A stretch of DNA of 63,261 nt, filler included, from Rhabdomonas costata (Eukaryota), in NCBI GenBank assembly GCA_019059605.1. It is 34 parts of 34 records of this genome, joined end to end, with 100 filler letters (N's around TTAATTAATTAA, not from the genome) between each part and the next. Parts side by side here need not be neighbours in the genome. Positions count along the whole stretch, not along the records: positions 46,597 to 48,359 come from JAHMHO010009409.1; positions 48,460 to 50,221 come from JAHMHO010009410.1; positions 50,322 to 52,084 come from JAHMHO010009411.1; positions 52,185 to 53,947 come from JAHMHO010009412.1; positions 54,048 to 55,810 come from JAHMHO010009413.1; positions 55,911 to 57,673 come from JAHMHO010009414.1; positions 57,774 to 59,536 come from JAHMHO010009415.1; 27 more parts are not named here. One strand, 5' to 3'. Positions within the stretch are counted from its first letter, which is position 1; each line of letters begins with the position of its first letter. A program made the position numbers and the translations under genes. The notes below the pieces were generated by a model. It had not been told where the DNA came from. It saw only the letters and a list, made by a program, of their open reading frames with translations, and searched no databases. Positions 46,940-59,042 of this stretch are shown piece by piece.

Positions 46940-48771
46940 ACCGTCCTCCTTTGCTTCAGTGCAGCTCCGTCGCTGCCGTGGGCAGCGCTACACAGGGAAC
47001 CCAGATTAGGGATTCCGAGGTCGAGGTAGTTCTCGAAACCATGCGAGAGCGAGGGGATCCACTCTGGCGTCCGCTGTTGTCGATGTGTCTGGACGACCAC
47101 GATTAGAAACCCGGTTTTGTTGATGATTCTTCATAGCTGATTGTACTTTGGGCCATGCCACGATCCTTGGACCTTATGGTGATGCCGACCCTCACCTCTA
47201 GCTGGCCGTGTCGCCAAGCCGCAGCTAGTCTTTCTTCATGGGTGCTGGCCATTCCTTGCCTGATCAGAGCAATTTTGGTTGTGCAATCCCATTACTGTGC
47301 AACTCGTGACCCGCGACCCTGTTCTTGGCTGCTGGGCTGGACAAAACTCAATTGAGTGTGTCAAATTGGGCTTTTTTCGGGGTGGGGGTGTGGGGGTACG
47401 AAAGAAGGTACTCAATACAAAAAGAGTGAATGCATAACACGATAAAGGAGGAACCATGACTACAAAACGATCGCAATCAAATGCGAGGCTCGGGGTGGAA
47501 GCTGAACATTGGCCAGATCGAATATCAAAACTACAAACAGCAGCGAAATGATTGCTGATAACTTGTTGAAATGGCGGCGGCGGCGATGCACCGAGACGTC
47601 TGCCGCTTGACCGACCTTGTTTTCGTTGGCTGATTGAAGCCTGAATTTTGGCATGAATTGTATAAATGGGTTGCGTGCGTGAGGCATATGATCCAAAGCC
47701 GGTGAGCTGAAGTAAGCCACGCCTGATCGCTATCGGTATTCAGTGTCGGCATCTTCTCCCTCCCCTCCCTCTTTGAAGTTTTTACTTGTTCAGGTGAAAG
47801 CGTGTTGCGTGTTTTGTTTTCTGCACATTCTCTTCCTGTATTTTTTCCACTGTCCCGTGCTTCACGGGCACAGATTTGGCTGTTTCAGCCGCCCACAAAC
47901 ACAATGAGAAAAGGGCGCCGGAATGTGCCCGTTAAGGTCCAGCTCTGATTCGCCGTGGGCCCTTTTTTCTGAGGCGAGGAATAGATCCGGGATAGAAGGC
48001 ATAGGGTCTTGTTCCCAAATTGAAGACATTTCCATGTCCGTTTGCATGTCTTGTTTGGCGTGCCCTTCACTTTCAATTTCTCGAATCGCTGTGCTTAGAG
48101 TTAGGTCCGTCTTTCCAGCCACTTTCTCGCATTTTGCGCACAAACTGATCCTTTTATGGTGCCCCACTTTCTGTGCAGACCTCCGACAGCTCTACTGCTG
48201 ACGTACCGTCGTTGAGGTTGCGCACTTTCTTCGCTTCTTTTATTCGTTTATTTTTTTTCATGGCCTGGGCAGTGAACACTCTGGTGCGCAAACTGTGTTC
48301 GTTTCACGAAATTCCCCGGTTCAAGCATCATGCCAACTCCGGCAACACTTCGCCGACCCNNNNNNNNNNNNNNNNNNNNNNNNNNNNNNNNNNNNNNNNN
48401 NNNTTAATTAATTAANNNNNNNNNNNNNNNNNNNNNNNNNNNNNNNNNNNNNNNNNNNNCACAAACAAGATCTTTGCATTCTGCGATGCGAGGCTGTGTT
48501 CTGTTTTTTTTTTCGCTTGACTATGGGTTATTTGCGAACCTTTGCTTTTATTCTTGCCATCCCGGTAACTGCTAATGAACTCATTTTTATACAAAATGGC
48601 CTCCATATCATATATTTTTTCTTTAGTCGTTTCCCCCGGCATTCCTGTCCCAGCTTTCTGTCTTCTTCTTGATCCTCTTGATCGCAAATAAGTGAAGACG
48701 AAAGTACAGCTGAAAGGTTTGCTTATGTTGGCATTGCCATGCACAATGCAGTCATCGTTCTTCTTTTTCAG

Positions 48772-49542
48772 AGTGTGGGGGTCGGCCGCGAACCCCGGCT
48801 ACCGATACGGCCAGACCGCCACGGTGGCCTGTGAGACCTTGATGATCCTGAGCCACGGCTACGTCATGCACGGCATGATGGAGCGCCGAGACTTCCAAGC
48901 CATTTGGCTGAACGACACCTGGGCCTTCGAGACGATCAGCGGGCGGTGGTACCCCCTGCCCTTCGCGGGCGCCCTGCCCGCGGTATCCCCTCTGCTGCTG
49001 AAGTCGGCTGGAGTGGTGGGCTGGAGTGGTGTAAATCCAAAAGACTCTTGTTCCACCTCTGCCGAGGTTTTTGGGTTGCAGCCTTTCGCTCACGGGCAAG
49101 TGACGATTTCTTGACCTCACCATGTTCGGTTCTAGGCTTGAAGCGGAGAATCGGCGCGCCTCGTGGCGCGCCTCATCGCCATGCAAATCAGCACGGGGGA
49201 ACCGAGGGTGAGAAAGACTTGTGGCGACGAGGTGTCCGAGGTGTCCCGCAACATCAAAGGTCAGGTCAGCGAAAGGCTCGCGGGCGCTGAGTGCCCTTAT
49301 GCACTCAAAAATGTGGCGGTCGAAACGGTTGCAGGCACTCGCAAAGAAAGCAGGCGGGAGCAAAGAAAGCTGGCGGGACAGCACCCGCCCCCTAGAGGAT
49401 CACTTGTCGTTCCCGAATGCTTTTTGATCTGTAGCCTGTGTGTGTGTGCGTGCGTGCAGGGGCGAATGGGCGCCTCTCTGGTGAACTGGAACGGAGCGCT
49501 GTACCTGTTCGGGGGTGACGATGGAGGCCACCAGAACTCCAC
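48772..49542 (+). CDS. Kelch-repeat protein, exons 48772-48982 and 49460-49542
   Basis: PGYRYGQTA...WLNDTWAF...RWY...LPA|GRMGASLVNWNGALYLFGG. Confidence 0.88.
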
Positions 49543-50760
49543 GTACCTCGCCCCCACCGTCGCCCTCTCCCTACCCACGTCCATTTCTTTCCATTCGAGC
49601 TGCCGTCCCATCCAGAAGATTGCCAGAAGACAACGTGGGCCAGCTGCGTTTGTCCACTTGCTTAACAAAGAGACCGATGTCTTTGGAAACTTCCGGAAAC
49701 ATTATACACATTTTGGTGATCTTCAAGTATCGGGAGAATTTTTCCTCGCCCAAACATATAACTCTCCACTGCAGCGACTCAGCGTGTCGTGTGCCCCCTT
49801 TAAGTCGCACGTCCCCCTTCTTCAACAGTCTGCAACAGGCCTCGTCTTCGACCAGCCCAGACGCCTGCGCTTTTGATGGTTGATGCAGCACATACGCCAA
49901 CCTTCTGGGCAGACAATTCTTTAGGGGTTTCCTTGTTCCAAATTGTAAAACTGTGAACGAAACTGTAAGAAATTGTCATCAGAGTTTCAGGTCCGTCCTT
50001 CTGAAGGTACTCAAGGAAAATTTTTGGTTTCTGACTTCACTGCCATGCGATACTTTTCATTTCAACGCCTTTATCGGTTTGCGCAGACGGTCGCTGACAA
50101 ACTCTTCACTGAGACAGTTGACCAAAACAGACCAATTCGGACTTCATAATTTTAGGAATGTCGAAAAACGTTGAAAATACATTGGACCGAAAAATGGGAC
50201 TTCTTTTCCAACCCCCCCACANNNNNNNNNNNNNNNNNNNNNNNNNNNNNNNNNNNNNNNNNNNNTTAATTAATTAANNNNNNNNNNNNNNNNNNNNNNN
50301 NNNNNNNNNNNNNNNNNNNNNGGTTGGTTGGCCAATGCTCAGCCGCCGCTCACGATCGAACTATTGCCCTCCGCACTCGTTGCAATACGTTATCAACCGC
50401 TTTTCTTTTCTAAACTGTCCAGTCGATGTTCTGTAGCATTGCCTGCAGAGGGCGGAGGGCAATAGTTCGATCGTGATCGGCGGCTGAGCATTGGCCAGCC
50501 ATCATCCTTTCCGCTGCTTGATTTTATGGTGTGTTTTTTTGGGGGGGGGAGGATTCGCTATCCGATGTTTATCTTGTGTTTGTCATGGTCTTCCAATTGG
50601 GTTTGTTTTTCTAAAGAGAAGTGAACAACAAATTCGGATTGCAGAAGTCACATATTTGCGCCGAATAAGATTCCTTCCTCATATCAAAGTAGGTGGCAGA
50701 GAGTTACATTGCTTGCTGGGGAACCCTCTATGACCACAACACTGTAATGCATGTGTTTAG

Positions 50761-50979
50761 GCCCGGCGATTGGGCATGGAGGAGGGCATCATCTGCGGCA
50801 TCAGCTGCGGCGCTGCGGTGCACGCTGCGGTAAAGCTGGCTAAGGAGCCGCGGTTCCAGGGCAAGACCATTGTTGTGATCCTTCCCGACGCCGGGGAGCG
50901 CTATCTCTCCTCTGCTCTATTCGAGGCCCCAGTGTTCAAGCAGCTGGAGACGGCGGGAGCGAACAGCGGCATGCTGTGA
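50761..50979 (+). CDS. cysK: Cysteine synthase (O-acetylserine thiol-lyase), final exon
   Basis: [23 protein letters not shown]...[21 protein letters not shown]. Confidence 0.92.
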   Translation, partial: ARRLGMEEGIICGISCGAAVHAAVKLAKEPRFQGKTIVVILPDAGERYLSSALFEAPVFKQLETAGANSGML

Positions 50980-52380
50980 CCACTGTGTGATGTCGAGTGC
51001 CGGCCCCCCGCATCTCAGGGCCGCGGGAAAGGCGAGGTAAGGTGATTGTGCACGACGTCTTGTGGTTGTTCGGGCAGCTAGCGCGCCCGCTTCCCTAAAA
51101 AAAGCCACAGACAACTTTTCACCCCCCCCTCTCACTTCTTGTACTTTGTTTAGAAAGTTCTTTTATGGATTATTTCCTCGATTGCTTCAGTGATTTTTAA
51201 CTTCTTCTGTCGTGCCGCATCGGCTGATATCCATTTCGGGCTCCCAGTGGAAGGTGGTCTTTCTGGGGAGTACTCGGTTACCCAAGGGCTGATTGGCGAG
51301 GTTTCTAAAGACTTGCCAGGTGTATCTCGTGCGTCGTGGGCGGGCGGACCCGCGACCTTCCGACAAAAGAATGATCAGAAGAAAGACGCATTGAAGTGAA
51401 GGTCACATGTAACAGTTCATTTTTAGCATTTCGGACCGCACAGTGGACAAATGTCCGCCATCAAAACAACAGTACACGAGCGCGCGTTCAACAACTTCCC
51501 ATAGACCCTCGTTCGATACCAGAATTTCCCGAATCGAACGGGGCAAAAAGAACGCAAACAAACGCACGGTTGGGCGGCGGTTGTTTGTTTGGTGGTTTTA
51601 TTTGGTTCGAGCCGTTGAGCGTCGACGTTTTGGTTAGCAGGGACGCGTCCAAGGATGCGGTGTTTTGCTGATCGCTCGGGGTGGGCTGGCCTTTTCAGCG
51701 CTTGTTAACCGCGGGCGGGTGCAACGCACAAAACAAAAAGCGCAAGCAGAAACTCTAGCACACCGAAAGTTTGCGCACCCAGAAACGGCGGAAAGGCGGA
51801 TTGAAAGGAAGGCTAGATCTTCCGTTGGGAAGAATGAGGGTCCATATCACAAGTCGACTTGACATCAATGCGCGCGTCGGCAGCTGCGTGCTTATCATTT
51901 TTCGCGCCCTTTTGCCGCCCAATCATGCGTTTTTCACCCCCAAAACTGCCCATAGTTTTCGCCCCGGGTTTTCGAAGATTTTTTCCCTTTTTTTTCTCCG
52001 TGGAAAACGGGGGAAATGGAGAAATATTGTGCTTCCAAAAGTTTAGTGCTTATTTTCTAGGCTTCCCTTGAAGAAAACAACCACNNNNNNNNNNNNNNNN
52101 NNNNNNNNNNNNNNNNNNNNNNNNNNNNTTAATTAATTAANNNNNNNNNNNNNNNNNNNNNNNNNNNNNNNNNNNNNNNNNNNNGGGGGGGTGGGCACAC
52201 TTACTGGTCGGGCTTACCATTAACTGCAGTTAAGGCGGAATGCAGGGGATTTGCCTTGCCTTCGTCTTGGCTTTGCGGCTTTGCAGCTTTGCGGCGAGGA
52301 AGAAAACTCAGAAAATGGGCACCATAGATTTCAAAGGTCTTGCGAAAATTCGAGGCTCCTGTGCGGAACGTCAGGGCTGC

Positions 52381-53835
52381 ACCTGGGTCTGCTGGTGCAC
52401 TGGCGAGGTGCTTGAAGGTGGTATACAAATCAAACGGAGTCACTCGGCGGCGCAGGTTCGCAGACAGCGCGGGACCCCACGAAGGGAATTCCGCCAGCAC
52501 GGCCCTGGGAATGGCCAGCACAAGGAAGGGGTTACGGTGCTCCAGCTTCCCCTCGGGAGTCTTGAACCTAAGAGGGAGTTTCGCGGAGGGGATGTAAAGG
52601 TCTCCGGCAAAGATGAAGGTGCGTGGGTGCTGCGTGGGCTCTTCCACGGGACAGAAAACAACTTCTCTTCTCTCTTCTTCAGGAGAGAGGGGATAAAATT
52701 TGCGATTCGGAGAGTTAGAAGCACATGCGAAAAGTAGAGTGGTGCACGGAGATGAAGCAGGGTCAGGGAAAATGAACGAAAGGTGGAGGGCGATGTTCCT
52801 TTGGGATTCCCAGCAAAAACAGCACACACAGCTCAGGCTCTCTCCAGCTCTGGTTTTCTCCTCCCCTGTTACGAAGTCAAAAAAGCAGTTTAAGCAAAGT
52901 GAAAATTTCTTTTGAAAACTTCGAGCTTTGCTTTCCTTGGAAAACTTCGAGCACTGCTTTCCTTTGAAAACGTCATTCGGAAAAATACACTGGGATCGAA
53001 AAGTTTTTCATTGAATTTCAATGCATTTCACTGTTTTCACTAGATGGTCACGAATGCACGGCCAACACCATCGGTGGGGATGTCTTTAAAAACGGAATTC
53101 TGGATAGCATTGCATCCGATAGACCTTTTGCAGACGGGTTCTATGGCGAGGTACGTGCCCTGCTTGGGCAGAGGGGCAGAGTGCTGGGGAGGAGGTGGGA
53201 GGACGGCAGTAAGGCAGAGACCATGAGCTGTACATGTGCCCATGGTCCGACCACAGCACCAGCACAGTCCGAGCCAAGAGGCCCTTTTCCCAGAGCTGCT
53301 CCAGAGCCGTGGCCAAGGGGCGGTCGATGTGGGGCAGAAAGGCCTGCAGCTCGTGGTGACCCGCCTCGGAGTATCCTTAAACAAAAACGTGGCTTTGCGT
53401 TCCTATCACCACCGTTGCCCACGGAATGATCAGACTAAATCACTCCAGAAGAACCAACATGTGGTGACCCACCTCGAAGATCGTGAGGAGACCAATGCTG
53501 CTTCCTTGACGCCGCCTTGCATTTCTCTATGTGCACGATTTTTGTTATGGTGTGGCAAAGCCAGTTCTCGGATTGGTCCAATTAGGGGCACGGGTGAACG
53601 AGCGGAAAGGGGAAAGTAAAAAAGAAGGGAAGAAGCTGCCCCACCGAAAGCGGCAATCCTACGGCTGCGGCCGTAGGCCTCGAAGGTCTGCTGCACGTGA
53701 CGGAGGGAAAGATGGTCGAAGTAGCTGTCCCCGCGGCACAGGCCGGACATCCCGGGAAAGGCCCGGGGGTCCGTGTAGTGCCGCGAAAGCACCAGGCTGT
53801 GGTCGGCGTAGGCGGGAAGCTGGGCCCACAATCAG
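52381..53835 (-). CDS. DUF229-family (alkaline phosphatase/sulfatase superfamily) protein, several exons
   Basis: GLCRGDS; IDRPLATALEQL..KGLLARTVLVLWSDHG; TPEGKLEHRNPFL.L.IP...NLRRRVTPFDLYTTFKHL. Confidence 0.8.
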
Positions 53836-56507
53836 CGTAAAGTAAGGCCATAGAACGGCAGATGCATATTGCGCCAGTATGAGCAATTCATCAGTGCATC
53901 CTTCCCGCCAATCCTGCAGCTTCTTCTAACTGACAAAACCAACCACANNNNNNNNNNNNNNNNNNNNNNNNNNNNNNNNNNNNNNNNNNNNTTAATTAAT
54001 TAANNNNNNNNNNNNNNNNNNNNNNNNNNNNNNNNNNNNNNNNNNNNGTTGGTGGTGAACAACGTGATGACACGGGCAGGGGTCGAATTTCAAGCCGTTA
54101 TATTGAAATTCGACCCCTGCCCGTGTCATCACGTTGTTCACCAGTTTTACCCAAGTCTTCAGCAGGCCTCCGGAAAGGCAATTGCACCAATTGAACGGAT
54201 CGTGATCCGAAGCGATGACAAATCGCTCGCCTTGCAGGCAACCTTCGGGTCATTCCCACGAACAGCTCGCTGGCGCAAAGCATTTTCCGTGTCTTCCGAA
54301 TGATAATTGCTCGAAGTTCCGAGTGCCTCCCTAGCATCCGTGAGTATCAAGCACTTTCTCTTGCAAGTATCTGCGCGATTGGGCAGGTACCTATGAGAAG
54401 GGCACCCCTTGCGCTGGGTGGGCTGAAGGAGGTGGAAGCGATTCGGGTTGGGGAGGCATATCTTGGGGTTCTGGCATTTTAGCTTACAGCAGTCTTTTTT
54501 ATCCTTCCACCTCTGGTATTTGCCCGACGCTTCTGACTTCACAAAAGATGACCGCCCTGGTCCACTCGCCATACTCCTTCGAAGGTTCTTCCGAACTTCC
54601 CTTACCTCCTACATCGCCCCAGTTTTTTACCAGGACCGAAAGCAAAGCTGCTGGAAGCCCGAAATCCCTCCCTCTGCAAACCCCCACAAACGGAGCGCAG
54701 TTGACTTCCATGACTTCTGCCCCAGAAGGGCGATGAACGGTTTATAGCAGATTGCAGTACAAAAGGGATTGGATTATTTGTGTTGTGGGGGCCAGTCCGC
54801 GGTGTGGGCCGAAGCGAGGGTGGGAAGTGCGCCCTGGCTTCATTGCCGGTGGACCCCAGTTTTTGATTCACGCACGTGAACCAGGCGATGGTTCACAGTA
54901 CATTTGTGTGGGGAGGGGGGGGGGTCGATTTTTAGTTTAAATACCGTCCTCCGTCCTGTTCTCTCTCTCTCTTTCCCGTTCTTTCACCCTCTCTCCATCG
55001 TTTTTCGCCACGCTTTCTCCCTGCCTCCCCCCTCTCTTTTGTTTACTCGTTCTGGTCCTTTCCAATCCTCCAATCCAAACCTCTCCTTTACATGCCTCTG
55101 CCCATGCTTACATGCCTGAAACTAGTGGGCATCGTGATTTGTTGTCAATCCTGCGTGGCACTCTATGATCATATCCATCACTCCACCTGCCCGCAGGGAT
55201 GGTTGCAGCCGTTGGGCCGCCGCTACAGCTCACACCGCTGCCTGCCGCTGCACTTCTTGCACCTTCTCGTGAGGTCCAGAGGTGTGGGTCCACCCAACAG
55301 CATATGCTAGCTCCTGTCGTGGGGCATGTCTTTTACGTGCTGGAAGGGATGATGTGGCCTGCTCCAAGGTCAAACGGGAGCATGACTTAACTCTCATGGA
55401 TTCCCTACTCGCCCGTCTTTTTTCTCTCGCGAACAAACATATACAAACTTATACAAACTTATACACAGTCCCAGTCACGTAAACCATAAGGAGAGCTTTT
55501 TTCATTTCATCTTTACTTGCGCCTTCGCGAACAGTGCTGGGTTCTCCGACAGCTGAAAAAACGTATGAAAAGAAAGCAAAATGGAGAAGTGTGACAAATG
55601 CGGTAAGCACACACAAGCGCTAACATGATGATAGAGTATGCACTCATATCGAAATCCATGCTCTGTACTGTGCTTCTCGTTCTTGGAAATAGATTTCCCC
55701 CGGAGAACCGTCCCAGGTCTGTGCAGACCCCTGCCACCCGCCATGAGACCCGCGGAAAAGGCGGCAGGGATGCGGCGCTCACCGCCTTTCCGGGACATTC
55801 CCCCACACCANNNNNNNNNNNNNNNNNNNNNNNNNNNNNNNNNNNNNNNNNNNNTTAATTAATTAANNNNNNNNNNNNNNNNNNNNNNNNNNNNNNNNNN
55901 NNNNNNNNNNTGTTGGTGTGTTTGGTGGGGTGTGGGGAAGCAGCCGGCAGGATGGGGAAAAGGAAAGGAGATAAGAGGCGATCAATGAGCACCACGAGGT
56001 CGTAGAGGTGTATGGCCCGTTTTACATGCAAAGCAAGAGTTCCAGAAATCCAACGATAGAAACATGGGAAGCGTCAATGCAACGAAGTGGGCAGCGTGAA
56101 AAGTAAAAGAGGACATCTTAGTTTGGTTTTTCACCTTTCAGCACCTTTTTCACTTTAGAGTCCGAAATGCTCTCATTTAATGGACAGCTCTCACATTTGA
56201 AGTGAAAAAAAGCGGACAATATCACCCCCTGCTTTGGATGAGCACGGACAAAGAAGTATAACACCGAGGGGTTGCAGTTTGAACCTTAGCTGACCAAATA
56301 CGAGAAGCAAGAATGTGAACCCCAGTCCCCTCCCCAGCGAACATTTGGGGTGATTATACAGATAAGGGGCACCCTCGCGAGTGCCGTCTCAGTTCACTCG
56401 GGCGCACATCTTTACCTCTCGGTACAAAAAAACGACAGGCAACCACAGAAAAGCAGGCGGAAGAGGAGGATCGGGGTGGACCAAAATCAGAGTAGGGGAG
56501 GGGATTG

Positions 56508-57420
56508 CCGCCACAAGCCTGAGAGGAGAACACGAACAGGGTGACGGTCTGCTGCTGCCGGCGGCTGCGCTTCTCCTCCCTCTGGTGCCTGGCGCATCCC
56601 AGGGCGCTGGCGGAGAGGGTGGCAGTGAGGGGCACGCTGCCGCCGATCCCCAGCCCCATCACTAGCCGGGACAGCACCAGCATGGGCATGGCCGTGGTGA
56701 GGCCTCCCATGGCGCACCCCACTGCGGTGAGGATCAGGGTCAGTGTGAAGCTCAGGCTGTACCCCACAGAGGCGGAGTCGGCCTGCACGGGAATGTGGTG
56801 CGGGTGCAAGGCATACATATGCTCTAACAGGGGTTGGGATTGCTTGCGCGGGCGATTTGGTAGATGCTTAAAGAAAGACGCACCGCTGGCTCCGAATTGC
56901 ACGAGCTTTGTTTTTGACCTTTCTCCCTCCAAAAAAACATAAAGGAGTAGCGGGAATTCAAAACGTCAAACAGCTGAACGAAAGCAAACACAAGCAACGC
57001 ACAGGAGCGGTTGTCGCGCACCAGATCAGACCAATTTTCATTATGGTTTGCATTTATATTTTGCGAAGCGCTGCACAAAACAAAACGCACAAACGTTCAT
57101 GCAGACAGCGACGCAAATGCTTGCCAGACACACACGGAACGGGGCCACTGGACCAGTGGAAACAGTTCCGGTCGTCAGGTAATTCGAAACACAGGCACAG
57201 GAGGGTACGGGAGGGTGGCATGGAAGTGCAGCACCATCTTCCCAAAGATGACCTCCCCCACAACAATCCCAGCCAGAGCCGCGGAGGAAAATGCGGACTT
57301 CTGCGCCGGGCTGAGCGAGATGACTTGGCCCAGGATCAGCATCTGCGGGTTCACCGCAAACATGCAGTAGTTCGAAGTGAAGAACGCCAGGAACAGCAGC
57401 CCTATCAGGAGGCACGGGCA
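56508..57420 (-). CDS. MFS transporter (Pho84/PHT1-like or related), exons 57420-57235 and 56782-~56508
   Basis: GIVVGEVIFGKM|AD...SRLVMGLGIGGSVPLTATLS...FVFSSQ. Confidence 0.82.
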
Positions 57421-57924
57421 CTGCCATCGGCACACCCAGCAGCACATTTAGGGCTCCAACCACCCTCCAGCAGCGCTCCCCAAAAAGGCTCTTGGGTGCA
57501 CCCACAACGGGGGCAAGGGAAGGAGTGCAGCGCTCTCAACTGAAAGAGGAGAGCGGGTCACATTGCTCATGGCGCACAACGGGAAAGGGAAAATAGAGAA
57601 GGAGAGAGAGGCTGAACTCACAACTTACTGCTGCGAGGAAATTGCCAGCCAAACAGATGCTCAAAACCACACANNNNNNNNNNNNNNNNNNNNNNNNNNN
57701 NNNNNNNNNNNNNNNNNTTAATTAATTAANNNNNNNNNNNNNNNNNNNNNNNNNNNNNNNNNNNNNNNNNNNNTGGGGTTTCTGCTTTCTTTGGCCCCTT
57801 GACCTAGGGGTTCCAAAAGGCCAAAGAAAGCAGAAACTTCAGCAGCGATAACCAGCCCAGGAAAGAGGAACAGTTGTGGGGTGGGCCAGAAGGGGTTGGG
57901 TTGTTGCGTTGGATGCACAGGAGT

Positions 57925-59042
57925 CACCTGCTTTTTCGGCCACATCCGATCGCTCTACGGCTTTTCGGAGTGCCGCCATTGGGGCAAGGGTTACCAGCTT
58001 GCGGTGCATCAGCAGAAAACGCAAACACAAGAATCACGCAGGAAAACAGGAAAAGAGGAAAAAGAGCAATCCTGGGCGGGGTTGAACAACATTTCCAAGG
58101 ACCCGTAACAAGGAAACCTGTGAGCCGTTTGAACCTAAGAATTCAGAGGCTTGCAGTCTTTGTGGTAACCAGAAGCCCCGCTCTGCTCCAGTGCTTCATG
58201 GTGTGTCTACTGGTGTGTCTTCATTTGCCACAACCCACGCACCGGGAAATTTTCGGAGCCGGTTGGCGAGAATGCCATAATCGGAAACAAGTGCTCATTC
58301 ACTGAAGTCAGCAATAGGCCGCCCTTACTTGACGCCTCTGGCGACAAAAAATTCTGTTGATGGCCGACAAAACAAGCGAACGAACAAACAAACTAACGAT
58401 CTCCACCTGTTTTGGATTTTTGGATTTGGGGGACAGCTGATGAAGGGACAACGCGGTACTGGCAACGACGTCTTTTGTCCCCCACGCTGCGATCAATTAC
58501 CGAAAGTGAATTTGAGGGCACACTCTGCCAAGAAGGCGACATCCAACACAGGTGCAGTGTACAGCACTCATCACACTGTAATCAATTAAGGGGAAAAGAG
58601 GGCCAAAATGCCACTCTTAACGACACCCCGAAAACGCTACAGCCTTTGGCTAGGCATATGTCTCATAACTGCACGTTGAACACGCACATACGCACAAACA
58701 ACATTGACAAACTATGCATTCAGGCAAAGCTCTAACAAGCACACAATCCTGACGAAAACCCCACACCGTCAAAACTGTTCAGAAGCGCAACAGCGGGGGA
58801 CACCACTGCCCTCACCGCCACATGGGCTTACGCGGCGCTTTCTCCACAGCACCCTTCGTAGTAGTAGGGTTCTTGCAAGTCCTTCGGGGAGCGCCAGCCT
58901 CAAAGCTAATCCCACGCGGGGAACCACCCGTCGCCTCCCGAGCATCTCGCAGGGTGCACCGAAGCGCACTAAGCCGTTGGCGGTCCGAGACACGAAGCTT
59001 CTCAAGGATATGGCCCCCACTGAGCTGAACTGGTCGCATTTG
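57925..59042 (-). CDS. Possible exons of an uncharacterised protein
   Basis: AG/GT-bounded open segments QMRPVQLSGGHILEKLRVSDRQRLSAL and LVTLAPMAALRKAVERSDVAEKA; no family recognised. Confidence 0.3.
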
